From assembly GCA_038087875.1 (NCBI GenBank), contig CM075996.1:6264001-6328000 (forward strand): a DNA stretch of 64,000 bases, given 5' to 3'. The translations under genes were made by a program, and so were the position numbers. The stretch comes from Malacoraja senta (taxonomy: Eukaryota). This document shows, in pieces, positions 1 through 11,059 of this stretch. Numbering within the stretch: position 1 is the stretch's first letter; the number at the start of each line of letters is the position of its first letter. The notes beneath the pieces were generated by a model. It did not search any database, was not told the origin of the DNA, and was given only the letters and a program-made list of their open reading frames with translations.

Positions 1-148
1 GCTCGCACCGAAGATAGACACAAAGTGCTGGATTAACTCAGCGGGACTGAGTCCGGACCGAAGAAGGGTCTCGACCCGGAACGTTACCCATTCCTTCTCA
101 CCAGAAATGCTGCCTGTCCTGTTGAGTTACTCCAGCATTTTCTGAGAA

Positions 149-268
149 TGATGTATATTCGATGCAAGGTGTAGCTGAAAAACTGCAGTGAAAGTGATGC
201 ATATTTGATGCACATTGTAGCTGGAAAATTGCAGTGAAAGTGATGCATATTTGATGCAAGTTGTAGTT
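149..268. repeat. 46-bp tandem repeat, ~2.6 copies
   Basis: TGATG(C/T)ATATT recurs at 149, 195, 241. Confidence 0.85.
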
Positions 269-872
269 TCAGCTCAGTTTAGTTTATTGTCACGTGTACC
301 GAGGTACAGTGAAAAGCTTTTGTTGCATACTAACCAGTCAGCGGAAAGACAACACATGATTACAGTCGAGACATCCACATCCACAGATCTGTTGGAGTAG
401 AGATTTGAAAGAGTGGAGCGTTTGTAATGTGTGATTGCAGATCCACCTGTGATGAGCATGTAAAGAGCAGCCTGGGCTGGGCACCACCATTAGAGTACGT
501 ACTACAATATAATGAGAGACCAGATTTGGACGCTGATGTTACTGCAGATTTACAACTAATTCAAAACCTGAACTAGATCAGTGCCGATCAGCCCCATTTC
601 AGCCGCCAGGTAATAGCATTGTAGGATTTAATTCCACTTAATGGATTTGACTAATCGTCTTGCTGAGCTCCCCAACCACTGCCACAGGAGCACGTGTCCA
701 CTATGGATTCTGGTTTCATTATCAGCAGCAAACTCATGTGGACAGTCACACGTGGTAAACGATGCTTCAGTCACTGCCATCAGCTCTCCTTTGGAAGGCG
801 AGATCCCACTTACGTAGAAACAGAGAGCATTGGAAACACCCAGCATCTGCGGAGAGAGAAACAGAGTCAATA

Positions 873-1190
873 TTAGTTTAGTTTAGAGACTCAGCGCGGA
901 AACAGGCCCTTCGGCCCACCGAGTCCGCGCCGACCAGCGATCCCCGCATACCAACACTATCCTACACACGCTGGGGACAATTTACATTTATACCAAGCCA
1001 ATTAACCTACAAACCTGTACGTCTTTGGAGTGTGGGAGGGAAACCAAAGATCTTGGAGAAAACCCACGTAGATCACGGGGAGAGTGTACAAACTCCGTAC
1101 AGACAGCACCCATAGTCGGGATCGAACCCGGGTCTCTGGCGCTGTAAGCGCTGTAAGACCACAACTCTACCGCTGCGCCACCGTGCCACC
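873..1190 (-). mobile_element. HE1-like tRNA-derived V-SINE, full length
   Basis: Minus-strand A box GGTGGCGCAGCGG, B box GGTTCGATCCC, V-domain-like core, CR1-like tail with (ctaaa)n. Confidence 0.9.
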
Positions 1191-2471
1191 CAACAAACTA
1201 CAAACGCAGCTCTGTAAGACTTTGGTTAGGCCAATATCATTTGGAGTATTGTGCTCTGTTCTGGAAGGACGTTGAGGCTTGGGAGAGGTTGCAGAAGGGG
1301 GTTGCCAGGTCACTGGAGCTGTGAGGGAGCAGCACTACCTGATGCACCACTGTGCCGCCCAGCGGAGGGGTCTTCAGTTGAATTAATTTGTCTCCACAGG
1401 GTCTGAGCTCAGTGGGAACCACTCTGTGGCAACTTACATCTTACATGGTGTCAGAGAGACACAGCATGGAAACAGGCCCTTCGACCCATCGAGTTCGTCC
1501 TACAACAATTCCATTTAATTCTCCCCATTTCTCATCAACATCTCCCCAGATTCTACCAGCCACATACATTCTAAATTATTCTTAAATTGTGACCCCTTGT
1601 TCTGGACTCCCCCCAACATCGGGAATATTATTCCTGCATCTAGCCTGTCCAATCCTTTAAGAATGTTATATGTTTCTATAAGATTCCCTCCCATCCTTCT
1701 CAATTCCAGTGAATTTCAGGCCGAGACTCTTCTTCAGACTGAGAGTCAAGGGGAAAGGGAAATGAGAGATATAGACGGTGATGTAGAGAGATATAGAACA
1801 AATGAATGAAAGATATGCAAAAAAGTAATGATGATAAAGAAAACAGGCATTATTTGCTGTGGACTAGGTGTGAATCTGGAGGAATGCGTTTTCACACTGC
1901 TAATACGGATAGTGTTTAATTGTCATATGTACCAGCAATGGAACAATGAAAATACATACAGCAGCACAATAGGCCTGTAGACAATATAATATCAATACCA
2001 ATATCAGTTTTATTCGTCACTTGCACATAAAGTGCAAGTGAAATGAATTTGCCAGCAGCGGTACAATGAAAAAAAGAACACACAAAAACACAATAAGAAT
2101 TTAACACAAACATCCACCACTAATTCATCACTGTGGTGGAAGGCACAAAAATTGGACAACACCCCTGGACAACACATAATAAACAAAATAAAATCAATAA
2201 ATTAATAACCACAATACTAGTGCAAAAATGCCAACACAGAGTGCTGGAGGAACTCAGTGGGCCAGGCAGCATCTGTGGAGAGAAATGAACAGGCGATCCT
2301 TCAGGTTGGGATCCTTCTTCAGACTGATGGTCCTGCAATGTCACTGTTCATTCCCACCATAGACATGAGGCATCCCTGAAGTACTGCCGGTGGTGGGGCT
2401 GCGATTCTGACTGTTGCCACAGGAGGCAGGGTAGAGCAGGACCGCTGCTCCCCCCCCCCCCCTTGTCGCCG

Positions 2472-2672
2472 ACCAGCAGTTCCCGGCGTTGCCACGCAAG
2501 GCGTGGCGAGACGCCGGCCTGCAGTTCCCGGCGTTGCCACGGGAGGCGCGGCGAGCGCTCGCCTGCAGTTCCCGGCGTTGCCGTGGGAGGCGCGGCGAGC
2601 GTTCGCCTGCAGTTCCCGGCGTTGCCGTGGGAGGCGCGGCGAGCGCTCGCCTGCAGTTCCTGGCGTCGCCAC
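2472..2672. repeat. GC-rich 44-bp tandem repeat, ~4.5 copies, in the promoter
   Basis: GCAGTTCC cores at 2476, 2521, 2565, 2609, 2653; unit approximately CCTGCAGTTCCCGGCGTTGCCRYGGGAGGCGCGGCGAGCGCTCG. Confidence 0.95.
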
Positions 2673-2679
2673 TGGCGTC

Positions 2680-2762
2680 GCCGCCGCTCACTCTCCGCCG
2701 AGCCACCGCCATTTTGTGACCGTGTCTCCGCCGTGGCCCCCGGATCCGGCTTCTCTCGCACG
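2680..2762 (+). other. Probable non-coding first exon (5' end approximate)
   Basis: Lies in the CpG island, contains the YY1 motif and ends at a perfect GTAAGT donor; no ATG. The link to the exon at 51674 is inferred. Confidence 0.6.
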
Positions 2763-4181
2763 GTAAGTCCCGCCACCGTCTTCCGTGGCCCGGTTCCTCC
2801 GCGGTTTGGACGGCGGGCCGCGCTGGCCGTCCTCCCGTGGTAGTTCCGGGGTGCTTTGCCGGTGGGCTGGCAGTGGGGGCGAACCAGATTGGGCTCGGGA
2901 GCAGCAGGAGCGGAGAGCCCGAGGCTGTGCGGCCTGGCTCCGGTAGGGGCTGGAGAAAGGCCGAGGCCTGGTCCCCAGGCCCGGCAATTGCCTGCGATCT
3001 CTGGTGGTCCGTGATCCAGAGACCCAGGGCTTAAATTTCTCCCCGGGTGCCAACAGGATGTCGCCCCCGGAAAGGTTCCCTCAGATTTGGGGGGAGCACC
3101 GTTACCATGGGCAACGGCTGTGAAGGTACCACTGTACCATGTCACTAATGCCTCGGTGCAACTAGAGAGCTAAGGCAGGTAAACATTGGGTGCAAAGGAG
3201 AGACTCGGGCTCCAAAGGGATGTGAGCACATTCTTACTACATCTCTGTCCATTGCTTCTGTGGACGAAGCCTGGATGCCAAGGCATCTGGGGGAAGCAGA
3301 GTTATTTTAACCACAAGTAAGAAAGAGGAACTGGGACGTGCAAAGAGTACACAGGATCCACTCTGAGGATCTTTGTGCATTTATTGCATTCAGGCTGATT
3401 GTTTTGGTGCAAGTGATTCTAGTGAGAGAGAATGTTGCACATGTTAAGCATCTGGAGAGATCACAAAGAATTTCAAGGGAAATTACTTACTTTCTACCAT
3501 ACAGCTCTTGTTGTATTTCTGGGAGTCCAAACATGTCACAATGTGGTGCATTTGCTACATGTGGCACCAGTGTTACTTTCAGAGTAACTTACAAACTTAA
3601 CAGAGTAATTTGTTAGCATCGGTAACTTGCACTCTAATTGTCCTCTGTGTGTTTTGGAAAGAGAACATGAGCATAACTTGCTTCAATAAAATTAACTGGT
3701 ACAAGTGTTTGCAAACAGGTCTACTACACAGGGCAGGCCTTAGCAGCAACAATAGACAAAACATTGCTCAATGCTGCTCATCATTCACTCGTACTCCCTC
3801 TCCTTTTACAGTGTGCAGATCAATGTTACCTCTGGCTCTCGTCGAGTACCGACGAAGGAAGTTCACACTCGAACCCCCGATTGTGGGCAGCAGCTTTTGT
3901 TGGCAGTTCAGTAACAACACTTTCCACTTGTTTTGAAATAACACCAATGTTTTGCTTGCGGTTTTGTCAGATTTCCACATGCAAAGGTTGGTTCTATAAT
4001 GCACAACCATCTGAGACTTAGAATTAATGGACTGAGCCCACAATTCTTGAGGCCGAGAAGAGGTGGTGTGAGCAGGTGAGTGCTGAGCCTCGCCACTAAA
4101 ATTGACAACACTTTGACCTATGTACCAGTGGTGTAAACACTAATGGTGGCATCTGTGTGAGAGCAGTCATGTAAATGTAAA

Positions 4182-4336
4182 TAAACACAAAATGCTGGAG
4201 TAACTCAGCGGGACAGGCAGCATCTCTGGAGAGAAGGAATCAGTGACGTTTCGGGTCAAGACCCGAAACGTCACCCATTCCTTCCATCCAGAGATTACTC
4301 TTCGGTGTAAACCAGCATCTACAGTTCCTTCCTACA
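4182..4336. mobile_element. PLE-derived inverted mini-element
   Basis: Centre gtgacgtttcgggtcaagacccgaaacgtcac; TSD catgtaa(a/t)tgtaaa at 4168 and 4337. Confidence 0.85.
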
Positions 4337-4624
4337 CATGTAATTGTAAAGGTTCCCTCAGATTTGGGGGGATCACCGTTATCAAGGGCAACGGCAGTGA
4401 AGGTACCACTGTACAATCTCACTAATGTGTCTGTGCTGCCGTGCGTCAAGATATCTAAGGCAGGGAAACATGGGCAATAGATACCATCATGACTGGGATA
4501 TAGCATTATTGCTACTGTTCAGTAACCAAGATAATGAATTTCTTAGCACCATTCCCTTATTGTTTTATTGAATATACCTTAGAATAGTGACTGCTTACTC
4601 AGTTGTCATGATATCCTAGTAGTA

Positions 4625-5050
4625 GGCCCCTCTTGGTCATGACTGACCATGGGTGATGCATCCTGGTCGGATGCAAGGCTGGGCAATGTCATATGGAGGA
4701 CAGGCTGTTGCCCATGCTGCACGCCCCCCTCTCCACGTCGCTGATCGATCCAAAGGAACAGCAGGGCCGTTACAGTTTAGCACCAGCGCCGTCGCAGGAG
4801 CTGCCGGAGCGAGGTTGTAGACAACGACGAACTGCCTTAAGGGCTCCGACTCCGGATTTTTTTTAGGTTTACTCCTGGAGCCTTTTCCATGACTGGATAT
4901 GGCCACAAGGCAGTGGAGGTTTTAAATCAGAGTTTCCCCTCTCCTAGATGGACTGCCTTCCCAGGCTGACAAGCCCCATTTGCCAAAGACTCGTGGGGGC
5001 GGGTGCGTCTACCTTCCCATGCAGGTCTATAGCACCTGCCCACTGCCCTA
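4625..5050 (-). mobile_element. Probable RTE-derived short non-autonomous element
   Basis: Sharp GC/CpG-rich block in AT-rich flanks. Minus-strand ctgggaaggcagtccatctag..aaactctgatttaaaacc resembles RTE 5' UTR sequences (from memory). Confidence 0.45.
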
Positions 5051-5219
5051 CAGGGCATGGTATCCTACAGAATAGATTTCATAAAGACTTCGGAGGAATT
5101 AATTACATGAATTAAGAATGGAATTTTTCAGTGTTTATTTTGTGGCTCAGTTTGGAGATATTTCTCTTTCTTAAAAATATTCAACAAAATTAGTTAACTT
5201 GGCTTACATACGTTAAGTT

Positions 5220-6700
5220 ATACATAATCAGCAGTGGTGGACCACAGGGATTGGTGCTAAAAGCCTTTCTGTTTATATATATATATATATATATATTTAA
5301 TTACCTATATGAATGTTGGAAGCATGATTAGTAAGTTTGGAGGTAGCACAAAAATCAACGACGTTGTTCGCAGTGGGGAATCTCATGCGACAGGACGATA
5401 TTGATCAGTTGGCAAATTTAACAAATCAAAGGTAGATTGAATTTAATCACGATAAGTGCGGGTGATGGCACTTAGCATGTGGAATAAAGGTAGAACATAC
5501 ACCATGAATAGTGGATCCTAGGAAGTATCAAGGAACAGATTGGCCTTGGTGTACAGAGTCCATATATCCCTAAAGGTAGCAGAATATGCTGGTAAGGTGA
5601 TGTAGAAACAAGGGACTACAGAGCACTACAGGTTGGGGTGGCACAGTGTTGCTGCCTCTCAACGCCAGAGATCCGGGATCGATCCTGACTATGGGTGCTG
5701 TCTGTACAGAGTTTGCATTTCCCTGTGGAGCTTGCATTTTCTCTGGGTGTTTTGTGTTCCTCCCACATTCCAATGACTTGTAGGTTAATTGGCTTCTGTA
5801 AATTGTTCCCAATGTGTAGGATAGAACTAATGTTTGGGAGATCATTGTTCGCGTGGAATCGGTGGGCCGAAAAGCCTGTTTCCATGCTGTATCTCTAAAC
5901 TGAACTTAAAAAAAGCTGATTTACATAAGAAAACACAACGTGCCTGAGTAACTCAACGGGTCTTGCAGTATCCCTGGAGAATATGGATAGCTGACATTTC
6001 GGGTCTGGACCCTTCTTCAGGGTCCCAATCCGAAACGTCATCTATCCGTTCTCCAGAAATGCTGCCTGACCCACTTAGTTACTCCAGCATTTTGTGTCTT
6101 TAATAAGGTGGTGAAGTGGGTACATGGAAGCTTGTTCCCATTTTAGCAATTAGCTGGGACATAGAATATAAGAGCATGGAGGTCATGGTGCAACCTTGTA
6201 AAATGTCGGTTTGGCTACCAGCTTGAGTATTGTGTGCAGTTCTGCTCGCCATTCAGTGATTGCAGTGGAGTGTGCAGAGTAGATTTTCCGGAATGTTGCA
6301 CGGGACAGAATCTTTCAGTTAATGAGGGGAGACTGGGTAGACCGGTTTTGGAATTTTTGGAATCGAGGAGAGACCTGATAGAGGTATAAATGAATTGTGA
6401 GAATTGTTTCTAAATAACAGAGACAACTAAAATCAGAGAGCATGGGTGTAAGGTGAGAAGTAAGATGATTTGAGGGACCTGAAGATTTTTTTAATCACCT
6501 GGAGGATGGTTAGAATTTGGAACATTGCTGTATGATGGGGGCAGGTACCCTGACAACATTTAAGATCTGTCTGGATGCGCTCGAGTTGTGAATGCCTAGA
6601 AGGCTATGGACCAAATGGTGGTAAATTAGATTCATATAAATGAGTGATCATCAGCACGGATATATTGGGCGGAAGGGCCTGTGTGCATTGTATGACAGTA
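5220..6700 (+). mobile_element. Old CR1 fragment with nested SINE and PLE mini-element
   Basis: gagtattgtgtgcagttctg (EYCVQF) and the 3' UTR signature gggcggaagggcctg. Confidence 0.75.
5635..5905 (+). mobile_element. HE1-like V-SINE inserted in a CR1 fragment
   Basis: Same family as 873-1190, opposite orientation. Confidence 0.85.
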
Positions 6701-6849
6701 TAATTCGAACTGTTCGTTATGAGTGCTGTGTTGACACCTTTTCCATATAGAGTTAGTAAGATAGGGGTTTACATACTTGCACATGTTCCACATCATCCTC
6801 CAATCTTTCTTTCCGTTTTATTCTTCCCTCATAGAACATGCTAGTGTTG

Positions 6850-7470
6850 GGTTATTATTGTCAGATATACTGAGAAACAGTGAAAAGATTTGTTTGCATG
6901 CTATCCTGTCAAATTATACTATACATGAGTACAATCAAGCCATATACAAGTACAACAGGCAGTGCAAAGTGAAAAATACCAGAGTGCAGAATATGGTGGT
7001 ACAGCGTAATGCAGTTACAGAGAAAGTGCAGATTAAAAAGAAAAGTGGCCAGGTCTGCAATGAGGTAGGATGGAAGATCGGTTCTACACCCTTAGATTAC
7101 GGGAAGACCGTTCAGTGATCTAATAACAGCGGGGAAGAAGCTGTGTCTGAATCTGGTGATATATGCGTTCCAGTTTTTGTACCTTCTAGCCGACAGGAGA
7201 GGGGAGAAGAGGGAATGACTGTGGTGAAAGTGATTATGTTGGCTGCTTTCCCGAGGCTGGTGAAGTGCAGATATAGTCGATGGTGGGGAGTCTGGTCAGT
7301 GTGATTGACTGGGCATCATCTACAACTTGAGCAGAGCTGTTGCCTAACCAAGCTGCGATGCATCCTGATAGGATGCTTTCGACAGTACCTCTATAGAAGT
7401 TGGTAAGAACCATTGGAGACATGCTGTAGTTCCTTTGTCTCTGAAGAGAATAGAGGCGTTGGTGCATTTT
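6850..7470 (-). mobile_element. Rex1/Babar-clade LINE 3' fragment
   Basis: QRLYSLQRQRNYSMSPMVLTNFYRGTVESILSGCIAAWLGNSSAQ; tgacaataa-type tail. Confidence 0.75.
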
Positions 7471-8215
7471 CTTGGCCACAAATGGGATGCCCAACTGGAT
7501 TGTCATGTATCTCAGGGCTTTCATCATTTGCTATGCTTGCAACATATCACAAAATTGTTTTCAAAAACCTCTGGCAAATATTTGTTGTCAAGTTGGTATG
7601 CAATGGTAGATTTCTTGTTGCTGGAGCTTCTTGTGGAAAAGAAAGCAATAGAGTGAGTCCCAATTCAGTGCTTAATTCATTGTGGTTCCTGCTCACTCAA
7701 AATTATGAGTAGCATCCCCTTCTTGATGCTTTCTTTTCCTTTTAGTTACAGTTCAGTTGATATCTGTGCAGCTCTTGAAGTTGAGATTGTATTTTTTAAG
7801 TTTTGTTTGTAATGCATTGATTTATTCTGGAAACCCTACAGGTGGTTTTGATGGTGACCACAGAAATTCCAAATCTGCAATATTACCAGTCTAATTCAGC
7901 CTCTCCTTAATATTATTACCACAAGATCTTCATTTTTTCCTCTCTCATATTTATGCGTATCTTGTTTTTCGTCCCATTTTTGTCTGAGCTTGCACACTGT
8001 CCTTTTTCCACCACCATCAGCCCATCCTTGAGACGCGTGGGATTGGTTTGTATATTATGAGTTCTAAAAGCCATATGCAGAATTCTGAAGGCGTAACGTA
8101 AATTCTGCATGGCACGCAAATTTATCAGCAAAAATAAATAAATAATCACTTTGCCAAAACCCCCTCTGAGATCATGAAGCCCGCTTTCATAAATTAAAGT
8201 TTGTTCTTTACACCC

Positions 8216-8531
8216 AGTTTAGTTTAGTTCAGAGATACAGTGTGGAAACAGGCCCCGTCGGCCCACCGAGTCCGCACCGACCAGTGATCCCCGCAAATTA
8301 ATACTATCCTACACACACTGGGGACAATTTACACATACACCAAGCCAATTAACCTACATACCTGTACATCTTTGGAGTGTGGGAGGAAACCAAAGATCTC
8401 GGAGAAAACCCACGCGGTCACGGGGGGAACGTGCAAACTCCGTACTGACAATAGTCGGGATGGAACCCGGGTCTCCAGCACTGCAAGGGCTGTAAGGCAG
8501 CAATTCTACCGCTGCGCCACCGTGACCGCCC
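8216..8531 (-). mobile_element. HE1-like V-SINE
   Basis: Colinear with 873-1190. Confidence 0.9.
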
Positions 8532-9115
8532 AGTGATGGTGGCTGTGCTTTTCTGTGAGCTTTGTTTACACAAATAGCAAGTACAAGCTGGGACAGTGCA
8601 GCATTTTATTCCACTGTTTGCATGCCTCGTCACCTTCCGTTCAGCCAACAATGAACCAATCTACATTTCCTTGGACATCGTCTGCTTTAATCTGTCTTTT
8701 TCACACCTTACCCTTCCATATCTCTAGTTTCCCTATCCCCTGACTCAGTTTGAGGAAGGTCTTGACCTGAAACCTCACCAAGAAATGCTGCCTGTCCTGC
8801 TGAGTTACTCCAACTCAGTGTCTACAGTGCAGCAGTTGGGTTAGGGAGGAGGATTTTCTTTGCCCCTTTATTTATTGGTTACAATAAAAAAAACTCATGC
8901 CCTCTACTCACCAGAAAAAAACCTAGATTCAATCCTAGTTTTGTACTTAGTTAGTTAATAAAATGGAGCTCTGATTATCTACGTTTTATTGTTCTCTGTG
9001 GTATAATTATCAGTGGTTTACAAGTTTACAAAATAATCCTGGGTAATATATATTGCAGAACTAACACTTAGTGTAGGAAATGATCTGTTCATTTATTTCA
9101 TTGCTGCGTGAAGGA

Positions 9116-9428
9116 TTTTACTTTACTTTGGACTTTAGAGATGCGGACACAGGCCCTTGTTTGTCTGAGCCCAGTGAGTCTGCGCAGACCAGCGATCACC
9201 CCATACACTAACACTATACTACACACTAGGGATAATTTTACAATTTTTACCAGAGCCAATAAACTTACAAACCTGTAGGCTCTTTGAAGCTTGTGAGGAA
9301 ACCGTAACACCCAAAGGAAACCGTAACACCCAAAGGGAGAATGTACAAACTCCGGACAGATAGCACCCATCGTCAGAATTGAACCTGGGTCTCTGGCGCT
9401 GTAAGGCAGAAACTCTACCACTGTGCAC
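9116..9428 (-). mobile_element. HE1-like V-SINE
   Basis: Colinear, with a small internal duplication ggaaaccgtaacacccaaagg. Confidence 0.85.
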
Positions 9429-10630
9429 TGTTTTTTTTATAAAACTATTTTGTCTTTCAAGTAGTGAAAACAGTATAATTTCAGGGCAGAAGTGAACTTT
9501 TATGAGGTTGGGAAAGATAGTTTCATCAATGAGCTTTTTTTCATTCCACTGTCTTGTTATACTTGATACTGAGCTTTGTTTCTAAGGCAATCTCATGGAA
9601 TCAAAGGGGATTTACTTCCACTCTGGTGTTATGGATTCTAAGATGGCAAATCGTGCATTGCAAGAGGCCTAGATTGTTCTTTAGATGGGGTAGGTGGATG
9701 GACAGCTTGTGATGTAGTCAGCTAGTTCCGCCACTTACGCAGGGCTTCTATGTGCTCTGGATGTATGGCCTCAAGGTTCTCAATATCATCCTAAATGCTC
9801 CTTCTCCACTTTGAGTGGTCATAGGTTAGAGGCTCCCAAGAGTCCGTTGTATTTCTTTGAGGAGGCTTTAAGAATAATCCTTGAATTTATTTTCCTCAAT
9901 CCACCTCATAATCACTCCCAGTGACAGAACTTGGAATAGGGGTCTGGTGTTAGGCACGCAAAGGACGTGACCGATATCAACTAGGGCCTTAATGCTGTGA
10001 AATTTGACCTGGGAGAAGTCACTGTTCTTGGTTCGCTTATTCTTCCAATGAATTTGGTAGATTCTGCCGAGGCAGGTTTGGCGGTGTTTTTACTACTTGT
10101 TACATAGTGAGAAGAGGTCTTGAATGATGCAGCTGTATGGTAGTGTTCCTGTTAAGAACAAGGGGGCTGGCTATGGAAGAGTAGGAGAGAGAGGGTATAT
10201 GGAGGTGTGGAACATGAGAAAGGGGAGGTCCTGAATGGAAGGAAGGACAGAGTGAAGAAGGTTAGAGGGAAAGGCAAATGAGATGATGTTGGGGATAATG
10301 AGTCTGAGGAGGGAGTGGATTAGGGGAAGGGTCTGGACTGAAGAGAGTGTGGGGGAAAGATCAAATGAGCTTGTGCTTTTTAATCTGTGCGCGAGGTCAG
10401 TGTGGAATGTGAGCATTTGTGTGTGAATACATGTTAAGTAAGTGCAGCAGAATTTGGTTTCTATATGAGTTGCCATATTATCAATAGCTCATTCTGCCAA
10501 AAGTGTTGTAACTGATGTACAACGGTCACCCCAAATTATGAAAGAGCAACCAGGTGGATCTTGAACGACTCGACGTGAATTCAAGACCTGAAACATCAGG
10601 ACCTCATGGACAGACTGAAGTGATAGACTA

Positions 10631-11059
10631 AGTTGAGAACAAGCGTAGGCTTGGCGATCATTTCGCCGAACACCTCCGCTCGATCCGCATTAACCAACCT
10701 GATCTCCCGGTGGCTCAGCACTTCAACTCCCTCCCATTCCGAATCCGACCTCTCTGTCCTGGGCCTCCTCCATGGCCACAGTGAGCCGGAAATTGGAGGA
10801 GCAGCACCTCATATTCCTCCGCTTGGGCAGTCTGCACCCTAGCGGCATAAACATTGAATTCTCCAATTTCCGGTAGCCCTTGCTGTCTCCTCCCCCTCTC
10901 AGCTCTCCCTCAGCCCTCGGGCTCCTCCTCTTCCTTTTTCCTTTCTTCTCCCCACCCTACATCAGTCTGAAGAAGGGTTTCGGCCCGAAACGTTGCCTAT
11001 TTCCTTCGCTCCATAGATGCTGCTGCACCCGCTGAGTTTCTCCAGCACTTTTGTCTACC
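10631..11059 (+). mobile_element. Penelope-like 3' fragment with hammerhead motif
   Basis: Matches the 3' part of the element at 17982-19109; perfect 14-bp TSD gaagtgatagacta at 10617 and 11060. Confidence 0.9.

Larger units (their letters stand above)
2400..3120 (+). promoter_or_regulatory. CpG-island promoter, probably of the CNOT3-like gene
   Basis: Only long CpG-dense, non-transposon block in the window. YY1 consensus CCGCCATTTTG at 2706-2716, consensus donor CG|GTAAGT at 2763, RFX X-box-like GTTACCATGGGCAAC at 3101-3115. Confidence 0.75.

Noticed and set aside
1080..1190. tRNA gene (A and B boxes on the minus strand)
   Set aside because: It is the tRNA-derived head of a SINE found many times in the window, with no complete cloverleaf
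2319..3145. Overlapping long ORFs (up to 265 aa) on both strands
   Set aside because: These arise from the GC-rich, stop-poor CpG island and the 44-bp repeat; no recognisable domain
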